From Camelus dromedarius (Eukaryota), in contig NC_087437.1 of the NCBI RefSeq assembly GCF_036321535.1, positions 16,494,001 through 16,558,000 of the forward strand: a DNA stretch of 64,000 nt, written 5' to 3'. Within the stretch, counting starts at the first letter, position 1. Each line of letters begins with the position of its first letter. The position numbers and the translations under genes are program-made. Positions 48,031 through 60,971 of the stretch are shown here, one piece after another. Under the pieces are notes generated by a model. The model was not told the DNA's origin and did not search any database. It was given only the letters and a program-made list of their open reading frames with translations.

Positions 48031-49269
48031 TGGAAGATCACCATCTTAGAATTTCCCATATGAAAGTGACTTCACCACTGTGGCATCTTGAAACAATCAT
48101 TTTTCCACGAGAGAATGTTATGAAGGTAAAATGAAATAAATCAAGGAAATAAGGATGAATCTAAAAACAATAAATACCATAATGAAATTTACTGCATAAG
48201 TGACCTCACTTAAAGACAATGATCTCCGTTAATAGTGGCCCAGAGCATAACTCTGGACTGGGGAAGAAGTTGAGGTCCTCCCAGCACCTCTATCCATCCC
48301 AACGGCCACTGCAGACCCACTGCAGACTCATGCTTAGACCTCTTTCTTAGACATCTTTTGCTGGGTCTGGACACTGTGGTCTCCTGCATGTATCTTCATA
48401 CCCACTTGACCACTTGGTAATCTGTGCCTGGTGTGGTCCATAGGATGAATTCTGTGTTCTCCAAGGCTTCTTAGCCCACCTTCATAAAGCTCAGAAAGAC
48501 AACACTTTTGGGGTCCTGTTGAAGACACCTGAACTAGAGGGTTCCAGGAGCTATGGGAGTCAAGATTCTGGCCCAGCATAGACACATCTTCAGATGCACA
48601 CACGTGTATACAAGATAGGTCTCAAATAAGGCATGGTTAACCACCTGTTATAATGAAATTCTAAGTTCTATGTTAGTCATTATTTCTACCCATGGAGCTT
48701 TTAGAAATTGTACATCTTTCCAGATACAACATTCAGAACTGAAAAATAGATCAGTCACACACACACACACACAAAAAGCTTCTGAATGCTACAAAATCTC
48801 AGTATCTTTATTTATTCCTCTTTATTTTTTTCATAACACTCATCACAATCTGACGATATACCTGAATCATCTGTATATTTATTCATTTTCCACCTCATAC
48901 CTGCATCCGTCTTTTTAACTGTGTGAGAGGAATAAGATTCTTTCTGTCCATTGCAATAGCCTCAGAGCCTAAAATAGTGTCTGGTCACAGTAAAATCTCA
49001 ATAAATACATATGGAAGAAATGGATGAATGATAATAGTACATCAATCTTTCATTAACAGCCTTGATTTTTTTTAACTGTTCACTACTTCACAGATTGAGG
49101 AAATGGGGCAGATTGGGGGAAAGCAAGAATGACTGACAGATTCATGTATTATATTTATTTCATTAACCCCTTCCCCCCAAATTTCCTGAGAATCCAAGAT
49201 ATACCAGGCATTTAAAATATCTTCAAAATTTGTGCAGTTTAAAAAAAAAATACTCAGATGTTTTCAAAA

Positions 49270-49975
49270 AATAGAAAGAATATTTGGGAAATCTATAGCC
49301 TTCAAAATAGAAGGTCCAGAGCTCATGCATCCTGGAATGTGAAGAGATTTCACCAAAATTACTTACTCACCCACAAAAGCAGATGTGGGTAAGAAAGATG
49401 AAAGCTATTGATTGCTGTAAATAGCTCTCCGAATCCCTTCTTTTCGTAGCATCAATCATTTCAAAATAAGCGAAAAATTAGGAGAAAGCCCCTCGTCAGG
49501 ACAGAGGATACAGCGACTTTTAAAGAACTAAAATGCCAGACAGAATTGAGAGCTTTCAACCTGAATACCAAATAGAAAGGGAGTGGGACCACCATTGATG
49601 GGATGCAAGCAGCTGTAAGAAAGGCATTTGATATAGCAGTGTAAAGTGTTACACTCGAAATTAATTCAAATTGGCTTAGTAAGGAGTGCTGCCACATAAA
49701 TTTAAAACTGGCTCAAAGTCTGCAAACAAAGGATGATGACAAATGAAAATGTATGGAGGGGGGGGTTAGGGTACATGGGGGTCATCTTTATTAATGATCT
49801 AAAAGAGGTAGAGTAAACAGCATGTTAATGAAACTTGCAAATGATGCTAATTTGGAAGGTGTTGCTCCGATCACTGTGGACAGAGAGGGAATGTAAATGA
49901 ACCTTAAGTGGTAATAAATATGAAGAGGAAACAACACAATGAGATTCAAGTGGGAAAATGCAAAGCCGACCATGC
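49270..49975 (+). mobile_element. CR1/L3 LINE ORF2 fossil
   Basis: 49301 FKIEGPELMHP (CR1 FKSxGPDxxHP); 49784 IFINDL, a frameshift, then VNSMLMKLANDANLEGV (CR1 KFADDTKLGG); a degenerate MRFxxEKCK motif near 49940. Confidence 0.75.
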
Positions 49976-51466
49976 CCCGTGCAATGACTCACCGCCTCCT
50001 GCCCCAGAGCTCTTTGCCCCTTGCGTTTGCTGGTTGGGCTAAGGAGGAAGACAATATAACCCTAACTCAGAAAGGTTTCATCTAACAAGGTCTTCCTCAC
50101 TTGTGCAGTTTCCTTTCGCTGGTCCTTTAAAATTCCACAAAAGGCTCTCCCTGGATTCGGAGCAAGAGTGGTGCTGGCCCCTGGATGATGGAGCTCCATA
50201 AATTACAGTGCAGGAGAGGCTGTGAAAAGAAAACAACCAAATAATGAGGGGGATGGGGAGATTGATTTATGAGAAATGACCCAAGGGGGTAGACTTTTGT
50301 TAATTGATGGCTAAGTGGTAACACGATAATGACCTGCTGAGATCTCACCATGACAAATAACCCAGGGAAAGAAATATTTAGTACCGGAGGAGGAACTTCT
50401 TCCTTCTGCCTGCCAGACAGTGCCTCTCCCTCGGGGCTACCACTCCACTGAGTTTCCCCGGCGCTGTTCTCATGGACTTCCCCTCTGAATAGCCCGCATC
50501 TGGCTCTCCTCACCCCATCCCTGCCCCCACTAGCACCTCACCGCTGGTCATGCCCTCCTCTCTTTTGTCCCTGAGCTGATCGATAGAATGCGTGCAGGGG
50601 CCAGAGGAGCACACGCTGGAGTGGACACCCACCCCGGCAGAAGGGCAGGTCAGGGAGACCAGGTCTCAAGATGCCTTCCTCTTCTCAAAGGAGCCTCCTC
50701 CCTCTGCAAGAAAATGAATGCGATGACTCTATGCAAACAGATATGATTGTATGCAAATCGGAGTGTTGACACCGTGTTTATTTCCCCAGCAGGTTCAGCC
50801 ACCCAGATTTATGACTTCCAGCCGGAGCTCTGTCTGGGGCTACGCCAGTGGCAGCTTGTGGGTGGAAACCATAACAGAGGGTGTCTCAAGCTTAAGTTCA
50901 ACCCAGAATCCTAGGATGTCAAGGTGGTAGGAAGCTTCGAGCATGTTTATCCACTTCTTTATTTTACACATGAAAACCTAGAACTTAATAAAAGTTTGCT
51001 GAACATGTTTGCATGAGGAGAGGCTGCCCAAAGCCACATCACATTGTTTCAGCGGTCATTGTACTAGCTGAACTTATCAGCTCTCAGTCCACATTTTGGA
51101 GAAGAGAAACTGAGGCCAGGCAGGTGCAACGCTCACTCAGGGCCACAGAGCTGGGTCCTCTGCCTTGGGTCTGTCCCCCACTGGGTTCTCTCAGCACACC
51201 CAGGTCCCATCTCATCAGGTCAGAAAAGAGCCAGACGCAGAGCCTGGGCTGTTGACACGGCTTAGGTGATGAGACGCCATGGGGTTTCTCACAGTTCAGG
51301 GTCTCACAGATCTCTTTGGGGTCTGAATTCAAACAAGAATCTGAGACTGCAGGGCCAGAACCCTGGTGTCACTCTAAACTTCCAGATTTGTACCGACTTT
51401 ATACTTTCAGACAGCAGCCTTGTGAGTCGATGTTGAATCTCATGGCTCTTTAAAAATCTGTCCCAG

Positions 51467-51628
51467 AGGGGAGTGCATAGCGCAGTGGTTAGAGTACATG
51501 CTTAGCACGAACGAGGTCCTGGCTTCAATCCCCAGTGCCTCCATTAAAATAACTAACTAAATAAATAAACCTAATTATCTCCCTCTACAAAAAAAAATCC
51601 ACAAACAAAATAAACAAAATACTTTTTT
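51467..51628 (+). mobile_element. Camelid tRNA-derived SINE (Vic-1-like)
   Basis: tRNA-like head and taaacctaattatctcccc tail; 14-bp TSD AAAATCTGTCCCAG (51453-51466, 51629-51642). Confidence 0.9.
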
Positions 51629-51684
51629 AAAATCTGTCCCAGGATTTGCACTGGATTTGTAAGAAAGGAGAGAAGAAGACTGAA

Positions 51685-51835
51685 TTTTTTTTTTTGTTTG
51701 CTTGGTTGGGGGGAGCAGTTAATTAGGTTTATTTATTTATTTATGTATTTATTTATTTATTGGCGGTACCAGGGATTGAACCCAAGACCTCGTGCTTGCT
51801 AAGCTTGCACTCCACCACTGAGCTACACCGTCCCC
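51685..51835 (-). mobile_element. Camelid tRNA-derived SINE (Vic-1-like)
   Basis: Reverse complement ggggacggtgtagctcagtggtggag..ggttcaatccc..(taaa)n cctaattaac, with the poly-T at 51685. Confidence 0.88.
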
Positions 51836-52799
51836 ACAAAAGCCTGCGTTTGGACAGGGCATCTTGTAAGGCCAGGATGTCTCTTCATTTTGCCACTTGG
51901 AAGCTCCATAGCCACTCCAGACAGCAGGTGGAAAACCAGGGAGAGGGTTTTACAGTTCCAGAATTCCCGATTCCAGAAAAGCTCTCCTCTGTGGTGAGCT
52001 CTGGGGCCCCAGAAAATCCACTGCGGTCCTTAACAATGGTCCCTTGAAGCCAGCCGTGCAGCAGAATCAGTTGGGGTCATAAATAAGAGCCCAGAAGCAC
52101 ACTGATCCCACAGGGATGTCTGCACCCAGGTCAGAAGGTAGCCTCTGGTGGTGCTGCCCCAGGCCAAGCCAGTGAAGGCAGCAGAGACAGAAGGCCTGGA
52201 GCAGCACACACCAGCCCTCCCTGGGTACGGAGGGAAAGCGACTTTGAGCCCTGGGTGCTCCGCGAGATGGTCAAAGGTTAACAGTATCTTCCATGGAAGT
52301 AAGCATGGGTTTGAAAATGGCCACCTCACAGCGGAGCCCCCAGCCTCATCTGCCTTGCTTCCCCCCCATTAGGCCCCTGGTTAGGCCCCTGCTTAGGCCA
52401 TTTCAAGGTCCCTCCTATGAGGCATTTCATATATTTCATCATATTTCATATATTCATATATTTCATCAGAAGCCATCCATCATCCATCGAGTTCCAGGGC
52501 CCCTTCTGCAATGTGCCTGTAGTCACCTCTCCAGCAGAAGCTACAAGATCCAGCCAATTCCTGGCAATAGCTTCAGGTCTTGGCACAGGGATCAGTACCT
52601 ACGGAATCTAAATAAATGCCCAGTGAGTGAATGGGTAGTGAAACAGCCATTTGTCCACCATCTCTTCTCCGAACATCCTTATCTGCTTGGCCCTGGTAAG
52701 GACACCCCTGAGGTCAGATGCACCAATGGTCAGGGATGCACACACCACAGGGAATTCCACAAGGCTTCATGACTGGGGATCACTGGCTGGGGTTTGGGG

Positions 52800-52900
52800 A
52801 AATCAGAGGACTTGAGTTCTAATCCTGATGCTGCCACTTATCCCCTGTTTGAGCCTGAGCAAGTCACCTCCACTTTGAGCCTCAGGCTTCCCATCTACAA
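52800..52900 (+). mobile_element. MIR fragment (further piece at ~53255-53340)
   Basis: tcagaggacttgagttctaatcctgatgctgccactta..ctgagcaagtcacctccactttgagcctcag. Confidence 0.7.
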
Positions 52901-53344
52901 ATTGGCGAAGGCACTGGAATGAGATGCTAGTTCTACCATTTGTGATGCACTGCATGTCTGGTCCTTTCTCAGACCTCCCCATTTTGGAGACTGAACACCT
53001 TTTTCTGTGCCCCATCTCAGGGTTCCTTACTGGCTATGAGTTGACAAATAGAAACTGACCACGGAAGCTGAGCTGAGACCCTTCTGAGGATACGGGGGCT
53101 GATGGCATTGGTGGGACCTCCAGTATGGTAGCTACGGGTTGAATTTCTCATATCTCCCTGGGCGGAATGATCAGAACAATTCTCAGGTGGCCTCTGTCCC
53201 ACCCCTTCTAACTGGACCCCGGAGAAGAAAGGACCTTGAACTCTGCGATGGCATCACTAGCACTTGCCTCACAGAATCACTGCGAAGATTAAATGAGATA
53301 CTACATGCAAAGCATCACGCCGATTGTGAATGATCAACAAAGAT

Positions 53345-53590
53345 TATCTTGTGTCATTTCCTTCCCAACTTCATTTGCATGGCACACTTTCTCCAACTCC
53401 CTTCTCTGTTCTTCCCAGCACCCTTGGTCCTCTTCTCTTGTGTGTTGCACTACTGTTGTGACAGTGTCTATCTCCCCGTTGGAGCCCTTAGATTTAAGAT
53501 CAAGGGCATCTCCTGGTTCCTCTTTGGGTCCCAGGTCCAGCACAGGGCCTGGCACTGGGTGGTGCTCAGCACACGAAAGAAATGCTTTGT
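53345..53590 (+). mobile_element. L2 3' end
   Basis: gtctatctcccc..ggcatctcctggttcctctttgggtcccaggtccagcacagggcctggcactgggtggtgctcag. Confidence 0.7.
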
Positions 53591-53914
53591 CTTCGGCCTG
53601 TCTAGCTCCCACCTACTTCCCCGTTTTTTATACCAGAAGAAGGTGCAGGTCTCAGAGGAGAAAGGGGAACTGGCATTTTGGTTATCCAAATGGTACTTAC
53701 TCGATGCGTTCACATACCTTATCTTGCTCCATGCTTGAGCGAAAGGACTTCATTACAGCCCCACACCTAGATAATCTTAAAACCTACAGCACAACCAAAG
53801 AAGATGCACAGACAGCAAATATTCTTCTAGCAGGCACGAATCTAGTCCACAGATTTGAGGGTATTGGATATTGCACTCTATTTTCTGCCATTTAACTTAA
53901 TTTCTAACTTTTCC

Positions 53915-54225
53915 AGGTTGGGTTTTGCTGCAAGGAACAAGTTAACCCTGAAATCTCAGTGATTTAACCCAACATTGGTTTATTTCTCATTTATATTACA
54001 TGACCAGCACACATCAGCTGGAGGGTGTGACCCTGCCATCCCAACATGCAATGGGAGAAGTAAGAACCCAGAAGGTAACGTGGGGTTTTCCGCTGCCTTT
54101 GCCGGGAAATAATTTGCATCGCTTCTACTCTCAGCTTATTGGTCAGAACCAGTCATTTGTCTGGCCTTAAGTGCAAGATGTTCTTCCTATGTGCTCAGGG
54201 GGGAAATGAGACTTGATCTGGTCTC
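53915..54225 (-). mobile_element. MLT1I/J-like LTR
   Basis: ggttttgctgcaaggaacaa..ccctgaaatctcagtgatttaac..ggtttatttctc; ttattggtcagaaccagtca. Confidence 0.6.
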
Positions 54226-56427
54226 TCAATTACTAAGTAAACCTTAGTCCCTGGGACTATTGCCCACTCCCATAGACTGTGATAGTTATTTCTAAGTTCT
54301 TACCCTTTGCCAAGATATTGAAGAAGGTGATCCCCACTGGCCCTTGATCATCTGTATACAACGGTCAGCAGTGAGATGGCTATTGGCCCTGTCCGTGTGG
54401 CCCCTGCGTGACTTGCAGCTCCCTATTTCTGTTCCACGCCTGGCGCATGAGCCTCTTTCTTCAATATGGCCAGTGATCCCATCTGTACCACACGGCTGCT
54501 TTCGCTGAGACATCACTGTCTCGCCAAGGCATGGCCAAGAAGATGGGTCCAGCTCTGTGTTATTCTGGGCTCCCTCAGCCTCTTTTTCCTCCCACTCCCC
54601 AGCCTGGGGAAGCAAATTCTAGAATAAGGTTGGGGGTGAGAAGCTGCCCTCCTTGTATTTTTTCAAAAGACTTTTTAATCTATCCTCTCCCTTTAAGAAT
54701 TAGGTTTCTAGAACAACGTCCTAGAAGAGTTGTTTTGCTGCCATCTGCCTTTTACTCTGTCCTAAACATTCCTTGAGGCAATAAGCAGAGCCAGTATGAA
54801 TAGGAAGAAGAGACAGGGGAAAATGCAAGAAGAAAAAAACCATAAATTAGAGTCTCGAAATCTTATCTGGACACACACAAATAGCACCTTCCTGGGCTTG
54901 AAAAGGAGAGGCACTGCCCCTCAGGTCAGCCTTGGTTCTAGGAGAGGATAAGCACGTGCCGTCTGTCCCTGTGCCTGCCCAGGCCTGCGGGAGCCAGAGG
55001 CACGGTTCAGCATGGTGATTCCAGGGCAGTCTTAGACCCACAAATAATGGGAGGCCCAGAGCTCTCCATTATCAAACGAACAGAACAGAAGACACACAAC
55101 ACTGACCCCATAAGCCTGGAGCTGGAAATACACAGTCAGGGTCTCCTGGAAGCATGACCAGCAGCAGAAATCGTCACACAGAGATCTCAGGGGTGTGAGC
55201 TCAGTTCCTCTGCTCAGAAAGGGTGAGGTTTTAGCTGAGACACACAGCATTAGATGCCCAAAGGAGGGAACTGAGCCGAAAAAGCTAGTACACAGGAGGC
55301 AAGGCACAAAGTCAGGGGGGAGGGAGCCCCAGAAAACCTTATATCCCTTTGGTCCCTAAGAGCACTCTTTCTAGAAGAGAAAGAGGTCCCCTGCCCTCAG
55401 TGGCCTGTGACTGCCCATCAGAGGGCCCTGGGACACTGAATTCTTTCTACATGCCTGGGAAAGGGATGACCAAATGCATAGCCACTGAGATATTTCAGCT
55501 AAATCTGGTCTGTTATTCTCAAAGGAATCAATTTCTTTCAAATTCACCTTGGATGACTTAAATTCCCATATCTGTTTTATTGTTGACATGGGGTTCTGGG
55601 TGTGGTGATGGCTTTTAATGTTGCTTTGTTTACCTTAAACTCACAACTGGCTTTCATGCGGATTTAAATCGAATCACTCTGCCCAGCAGTGCTCCTCTTT
55701 ATTGTTTAAAAGCTGATCACCTCTCTTTCTGAAAAGCACAGCGTACTTGTTACCCTTGCTATGAAGCAGCCACAATTTACTGGGCTGAAAAAAAAATCAA
55801 TATCTGATTGAATCCAACTCGTGTTCTTCACTGGAATTCTTATTGCTCTCAATTGACAGCCTCACATCACTGTCCCACCCAGGCATTTATCTTCCAAATC
55901 TAGAGGGAAAAGAATCCATTTTCCAATGAATGAAAAGAACACCAAAGGAATGATTTTAAACACCAAAGAGAAATTCAGCATTACTTGGGAGCTGAGCAGA
56001 CGATCCTTGGGCAAGAAAATAAATGACAAGTTTCAAACTAAACCAGAGGTCTATTCTATAATGCTCAGCTAGCTGGAAGAAGTCGCTGTCTGGAACCTAC
56101 TACAAATTTGCTCTAAAGATGTCTTATCTTTTCTATATGTTTTTAAACACATGATCTGGAAGAACTAGCATCCCTTCTATGGAGACATCCTTCCAGAACT
56201 CACCTGGTATAGAAAGTGGAGCTGTTGTGAACTGCTGCTGTCTCCTTTGGCCATGAATTTCAGAAAACAGAAAGAAGTTAGATGGTCATCATCTGGGTAT
56301 CTGGGTTGTGCCAGCATTGGGAGACAACCCCAAAGTCAGGCAGATTCATCTGTCCTCAGTCCCAGTTTCACTGAATTGGCAGAGGGTGGGGTGCAACAGA
56401 AAAGCAGGACTGGAGAGCTGCCAAATT

Positions 56428-56431
<4 letters not shown>

Positions 56432-56480
<49 letters not shown>
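56432..56480. repeat. (GT)n microsatellite
   Basis: Perfect ~24-unit run. Confidence 0.97.
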
Positions 56481-56484
<4 letters not shown>

Positions 56485-56893
56485 GGTGGGTTGCTGAATC
56501 TAGGAAAGGTCTGAAGGAAAAGGTTTTGCTCCATCTCCCTCTGTATGTATGGAAGTATTCTCCTGAGAGGTCAGATAGGCAGAGTAGAGAATGAAGCTAA
56601 AGGACATTGAACCAATGTGCTTCATTTCTGGCCAATCAAAGAGTCAAAAAAAGAAGACAAAAATGCATGAGGAGAGTTCCTGAAGACTCCTGACTTTTGA
56701 ATGTGTATGTTAAGGCTGGGGGCAGGCAGAGGAAGAAGAATTTAACTCAGGTTGGCAAACATGGTTAAAGGCCAAATAGAGAGCCAGTGTGCTCAGGAGG
56801 TAACGTGACGGAAGTGCAGAAACTGATGGTTTCTAATTCCTGCATGGTATTTTATGCCAAGTATGCCTCATATAACTGTTGCTTAATTTATAG

Positions 56894-56992
56894 TTTTTCA
56901 CTCTTCTTTTTTTCTTTTCTTTTCTTTTCTTTTCTTTTCTTTTTCTTTTCTTTTCTTTTTTTTTTCTTTTCTTTTTCTTTTTTTTTTTTTTT
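56894..56992. repeat. (CTTTT)n/poly-T polypyrimidine tract
   Basis: About 90 bp made almost entirely of C and T. Confidence 0.92.
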
Positions 56993-56999
56993 TAATCAT

Positions 57000-59400
57000 A
57001 TAAACCCAAAGAGTAGCTCTCACCAGAGTTATATCTGAAATGTGGTAGCCAGGACTTGAAGAGAACATTAAGACCTTCGCCTCCTAGGGAGGGATCACCT
57101 ATGGAGATGACTAATTCAAATTGCCTATAGATCGCTCAAGTTGGATAGATGGAGCAGGGAAAAATAATGGTAGACATTGCAAGAGAACACAGGCAGAGTC
57201 TGCCAGACTACTTAAGCTGAGGTCACAGACTTGAAAGTTCAGGAGACCAAGGCAGTGAGAGTTTACAGTATCAGAGAGGAGAGTGCAGCAGAAAAAGAAG
57301 ACACTGGAGATATGCAGAAATGCCCCTGTGAGTGTTCACCAGGTACTAATCAGCAAATGCATGTGAAAAAATACTCTCTGAGGCCAAGAAAAGAGCTTTT
57401 CAAAAAGATTAGAAGGGGCAGTATTCGGTGGTCACACGGAATGAGGAACAGTGCTTGTGCCCACCAGCCAGACTGGAAAACCTCATCATTCATGAAATAG
57501 TGGGTTGACTACTCAGAAAGATCTTGCCTCAGTAGGGGGGAAATTAGCCCTAGGTTAAATGATGCTCTGATTTTTGTCTGATAAATCTTAAAAGCAAGAA
57601 TGATCAAACAGTTTCCAAATAATTTAACTGCATCTCAGGTAAAGCTAAGAATATTCACAGAAGCATAAAAATGCCAACACCTTAACAAGTTAAAATTTAC
57701 AATGTCTAAAAATCCAATAAAAAATAAGCAAGCATGTGAAGAAGCAGGAAAATATGACTTACAATAATGAGGAAAAACAGTTAATTGAAATGGCCTAGAA
57801 CTAAAACAGAATTGAATTAGCTTAGAGAGTCATTAAAACAATTGTTATAATAGTATTCCATATATTCAAAAAGCTAAAGAAAAGATTAAGTACAGAAAAT
57901 ATTTTAAAAGACCCAAATAAAACTTCTAGAGATAAAAACAGCAGTGTCTGGTATTTTTAAAAATAATAATGCTGGATGGGATTAACGGCAGATTAGGTGT
58001 AGCAGAAGAAAATGTTAGTCAACTTAAAGATGTGCACCTGCACCACAATATTCATAGCAGCATTATTAACAATAGCCAAGACACAGAAACAGCCCAAATG
58101 TCCATCAACAGATGACTGGATAAAGAAGCTGTAGTATATTTATACAATGAAATACTATTCAGCCATAAAAACCAACAACATAACACCATTTGCAGCAACA
58201 TCGATGCTCCCGGAGAATGTCATTCTAAGTGAAGTAAGCCAGAAAGAGAAAGAAAAATACCATATGAGATCGCTCATATGTGGAATCTAAAAACAAACAA
58301 ACAAACAAACAAAGCATAAATACAAAACAGAAACAGATTCATAGACAAAGAATACAAACTTGTGGTTGCCAAGGGGGTGGGGGGGGTGGGAAGGGATAGA
58401 CTGGGATTTCAAAATGCAGAATAGATAAACAAGGTTATATTGTATAGCACAGGGAAATATATACAAGATCTTATGGTAGCTCACAGCGAAAAAAATGTGA
58501 CAATGAATATATATATATATGTTCATGTATAACTGAAAAATTGCGCTCTACACTGGAATTTGATACAACATTGTAAAATGATTATAAATCAATAAAAAAT
58601 GTTTTAAAAAAAAGATGTAGACATAGAAGCTATCCAAAATGAAACAAACCCAGAAAGAAAACCTATTTCACTAATCATAATAAATATGAATGGGCTGAAA
58701 ATTCCAAACAGGAGGCAAAGATTGTCAGATCAGATAAAAATATCAAGACTGACCCATAAGTGCCTATAAGAAACCTCCTTTAAATACAAGAACACAAATA
58801 GATTTTAAATTTTTTTAAAGAAAGGAAAAGGATGTACCATACTAAAATTAATTTTTAAAAAAGAAAGCTGGAGTAACAATATCCATAAAAATATTTTAAA
58901 GCAAATAATATAACCAGAGGTGAACATAGTCATTTCATAATGGCAGAGGGGTCAATTCATCAAGAAGAATTAACAAGCTTTAACATTTACACACCTGACA
59001 ACATAGCTTCAAAATACATAAAGCAAAAAAGTGATAGAAGAGCGAAGAGAAATAGACAAATTCACAATAAGAGCCAAAGATTTTTAACAGCTCTCTCACT
59101 CGCTCACTCTCTCTCTCTCTCGCTCTCTCTCTTTCTCTCTCTATCAACAATTGATCAAAGTAGAAGAAAAAAAAACAGTAAGGAGATATGAGACTTGAAC
59201 AACATTATGAACAAACTTGACCTAACTGAAATTCATTGAACTCTCCAAGCAACAGCAGAGTACATACTTGTTGAGTGCATACAAAACAACTACCAAGGCA
59301 GAGTATAGTATAGGCCATAAACAAACCTCAAAACATTTCAAAAGATTAAACTTATACAAAGTAGGTTGTCTGAACACACTAGAATTATATTAGAAATCTT
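57000..59400 (+). mobile_element. Old L1M 5' region, ORF1 piece and ORF2 endonuclease fossil
   Basis: 58668 onward SLIIINMNGLKIP..RQRLSD (L1 EN start SIITLNVNGLNSPIKR); ORF 58940 GSIHQEELTSFNIYTPDNIASKYIKQK. Confidence 0.8.
58034..58610 (+). mobile_element. Young L1 3' end nested in the old L1
   Basis: ORF2 tail plus 3'UTR with a G-rich tract, AATAAA and an A tail; TSD AAAGATGT (58026-58033, 58611-58618). Confidence 0.9.
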
Positions 59401-60115
59401 TGTGTCATTATTCAGTATGCCTGTCAAGAAAAATAGTGCAGCCTGAGGTCAAGGGCTGGAGTGGGAGAGCTGAAAAGGAAATGCTCACCAGAGATCATTG
59501 TAGTGACTGGCAACTGGAAACCTATAAATACGGCATTATCCAGAGGGGCAGGAGAATTATGAGAGGAGTTTGAGATAACTTCCATTTCTGCCAGGTTGGT
59601 CTGAGTAAACATGCAATCTCTGGAAGGAAGTATAACAGAGTGCCAGAGGTACGTAACTGGAGGCTCAGAGGCGAGGTCCAGAATGTTAGATAATGAAAGT
59701 TACTAATGTGGTTTAAACTCTGGGAACAAGGGATGGCCCAGAGGAAAACCAAAAGTGAAAAAAGAGAAGTGGGCCAAGGATAAAGGTGTCCAACCATAGC
59801 TGTGATTAAAAAAGAATCTGCAGGGAGGCAGAAGACATGCAGATGGTATTATTGTGAAGGCCAAGGAGGAAGATAAGAATTTCAAGAAAAAATACTGAAC
59901 ATTGTGTGGGTCAATGTCAAACAACACAGATCAAGAAAATGAGGGTAGAGAAAACTGTTGGTTTGGGGACCGAAGAGTTTTTTCATGTCCTTTCAAGAGA
60001 TTAGTCTCAATAGAATGGTGAGAAGAACTCTACGTTGCAGAGGGCTAGTTCAAAAGGATTGGAGCCACAAGTATGAGGCATCCTTTCTGGAAGTTTGACA
60101 ATGCAAGGAAGAATC
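59400..60115 (-). mobile_element. L2 body fragment
   Basis: gaaggccaaggagg..aatttcaagaa; agatcaagaaaatgagg.tagagaa..tgttggtttgg; tctcaatagaatggtg; cctttctggaagtttg. Confidence 0.65.
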
Positions 60116-60199
60116 CTCGATGCCACTCACACCAAGCATCTCCACATTCCTTAAGCTCTTCAGGTCCTTTCACTTCTCGCTCTCTTCCCACTGCCTGTA

Positions 60200-60625
60200 A
60201 TCTTGTGAGAAAATGATGTTCTTTCCCTGCTTAGTAAATCTTTCCTCTTCTGAAAATAGAATCTTTTCTTTTAATTAGCACACATACATCTTCCTGCAGT
60301 AGGTGTCCAAGGGTAGGCATATGACTACATATAGAGTCAATTGGCAGATGGATTTAAAAGCATCTCACCTTGTGTGACTGGAACTAGAGCTGAGATAGAG
60401 AAGACGGAGAGGAAGAGAGATAAGAGATGACAGAGATGGAGAGAGAGCCAGCAGCACTTTTAAGAAAAGATAGAGATTCTCAATAACATTGGTTGAACCC
60501 CTTGTTCCAGCCATGCCTGCAAGTACCCCATCTTCCTTATGACGGAGCTAATGCAATCCTTTTCACCTTCCTGAATTAGTCTGAATTAAGTTTATACCAT
60601 TTACAACTGAAAAATCCCCAGCAAA
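60200..60625 (+). mobile_element. MLT1K-like LTR
   Basis: gagattctcaataacattggttgaaccccttgttccagccatgcctg..tctgaattaagttttataccatttacaactgaaa. Confidence 0.55.
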
Positions 60626-60726
60626 CAAATGTCCTCCACCATTTCCTCTCCCCATTTTCTTCACCTAGAAATCTGCTGCCTACCTTTCAAGTCCCAAGAA
60701 AAATGTTACTTTCTCTGTGATGCCCT

Positions 60727-60895
60727 AGAGATGTGCTAGTAAACTGGTTCTCAAAAAAAAAAAAAAAAACCAAAAGCTCAGTTTTTGTAGTGTTTGCTGA
60801 CTTCCATGGTGTTAACACTCCCACCATGGCTAATTTTAAGCTACCAACATGAAGTCACTGAACACAGAGTCGAGAGAAGATGGACAGAATCAGGA
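60727..60895. mobile_element. MER63A-like hAT-Blackjack element
   Basis: ttgtagtgtttgctgacttccatggtgttaacactcccaccatggctaattttaagctaccaacatgaagtcactgaac; homologous to the copy at 23280. Confidence 0.8.
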
Positions 60896-60971
60896 TTAAC
60901 TGCATCGCATCTCCAGATGCGGATGGCAGAACTGGGTATAGGGTGGCAGCTGTAAGAAGTTGCCTGACCTT

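Noticed and set aside
53293..53895. Longest ORF (200 aa, + strand)
   Set aside because: Its first half overlaps MIR and L2 remnants; the Ser/Cys-rich composition looks random and shows no recognisable domain.
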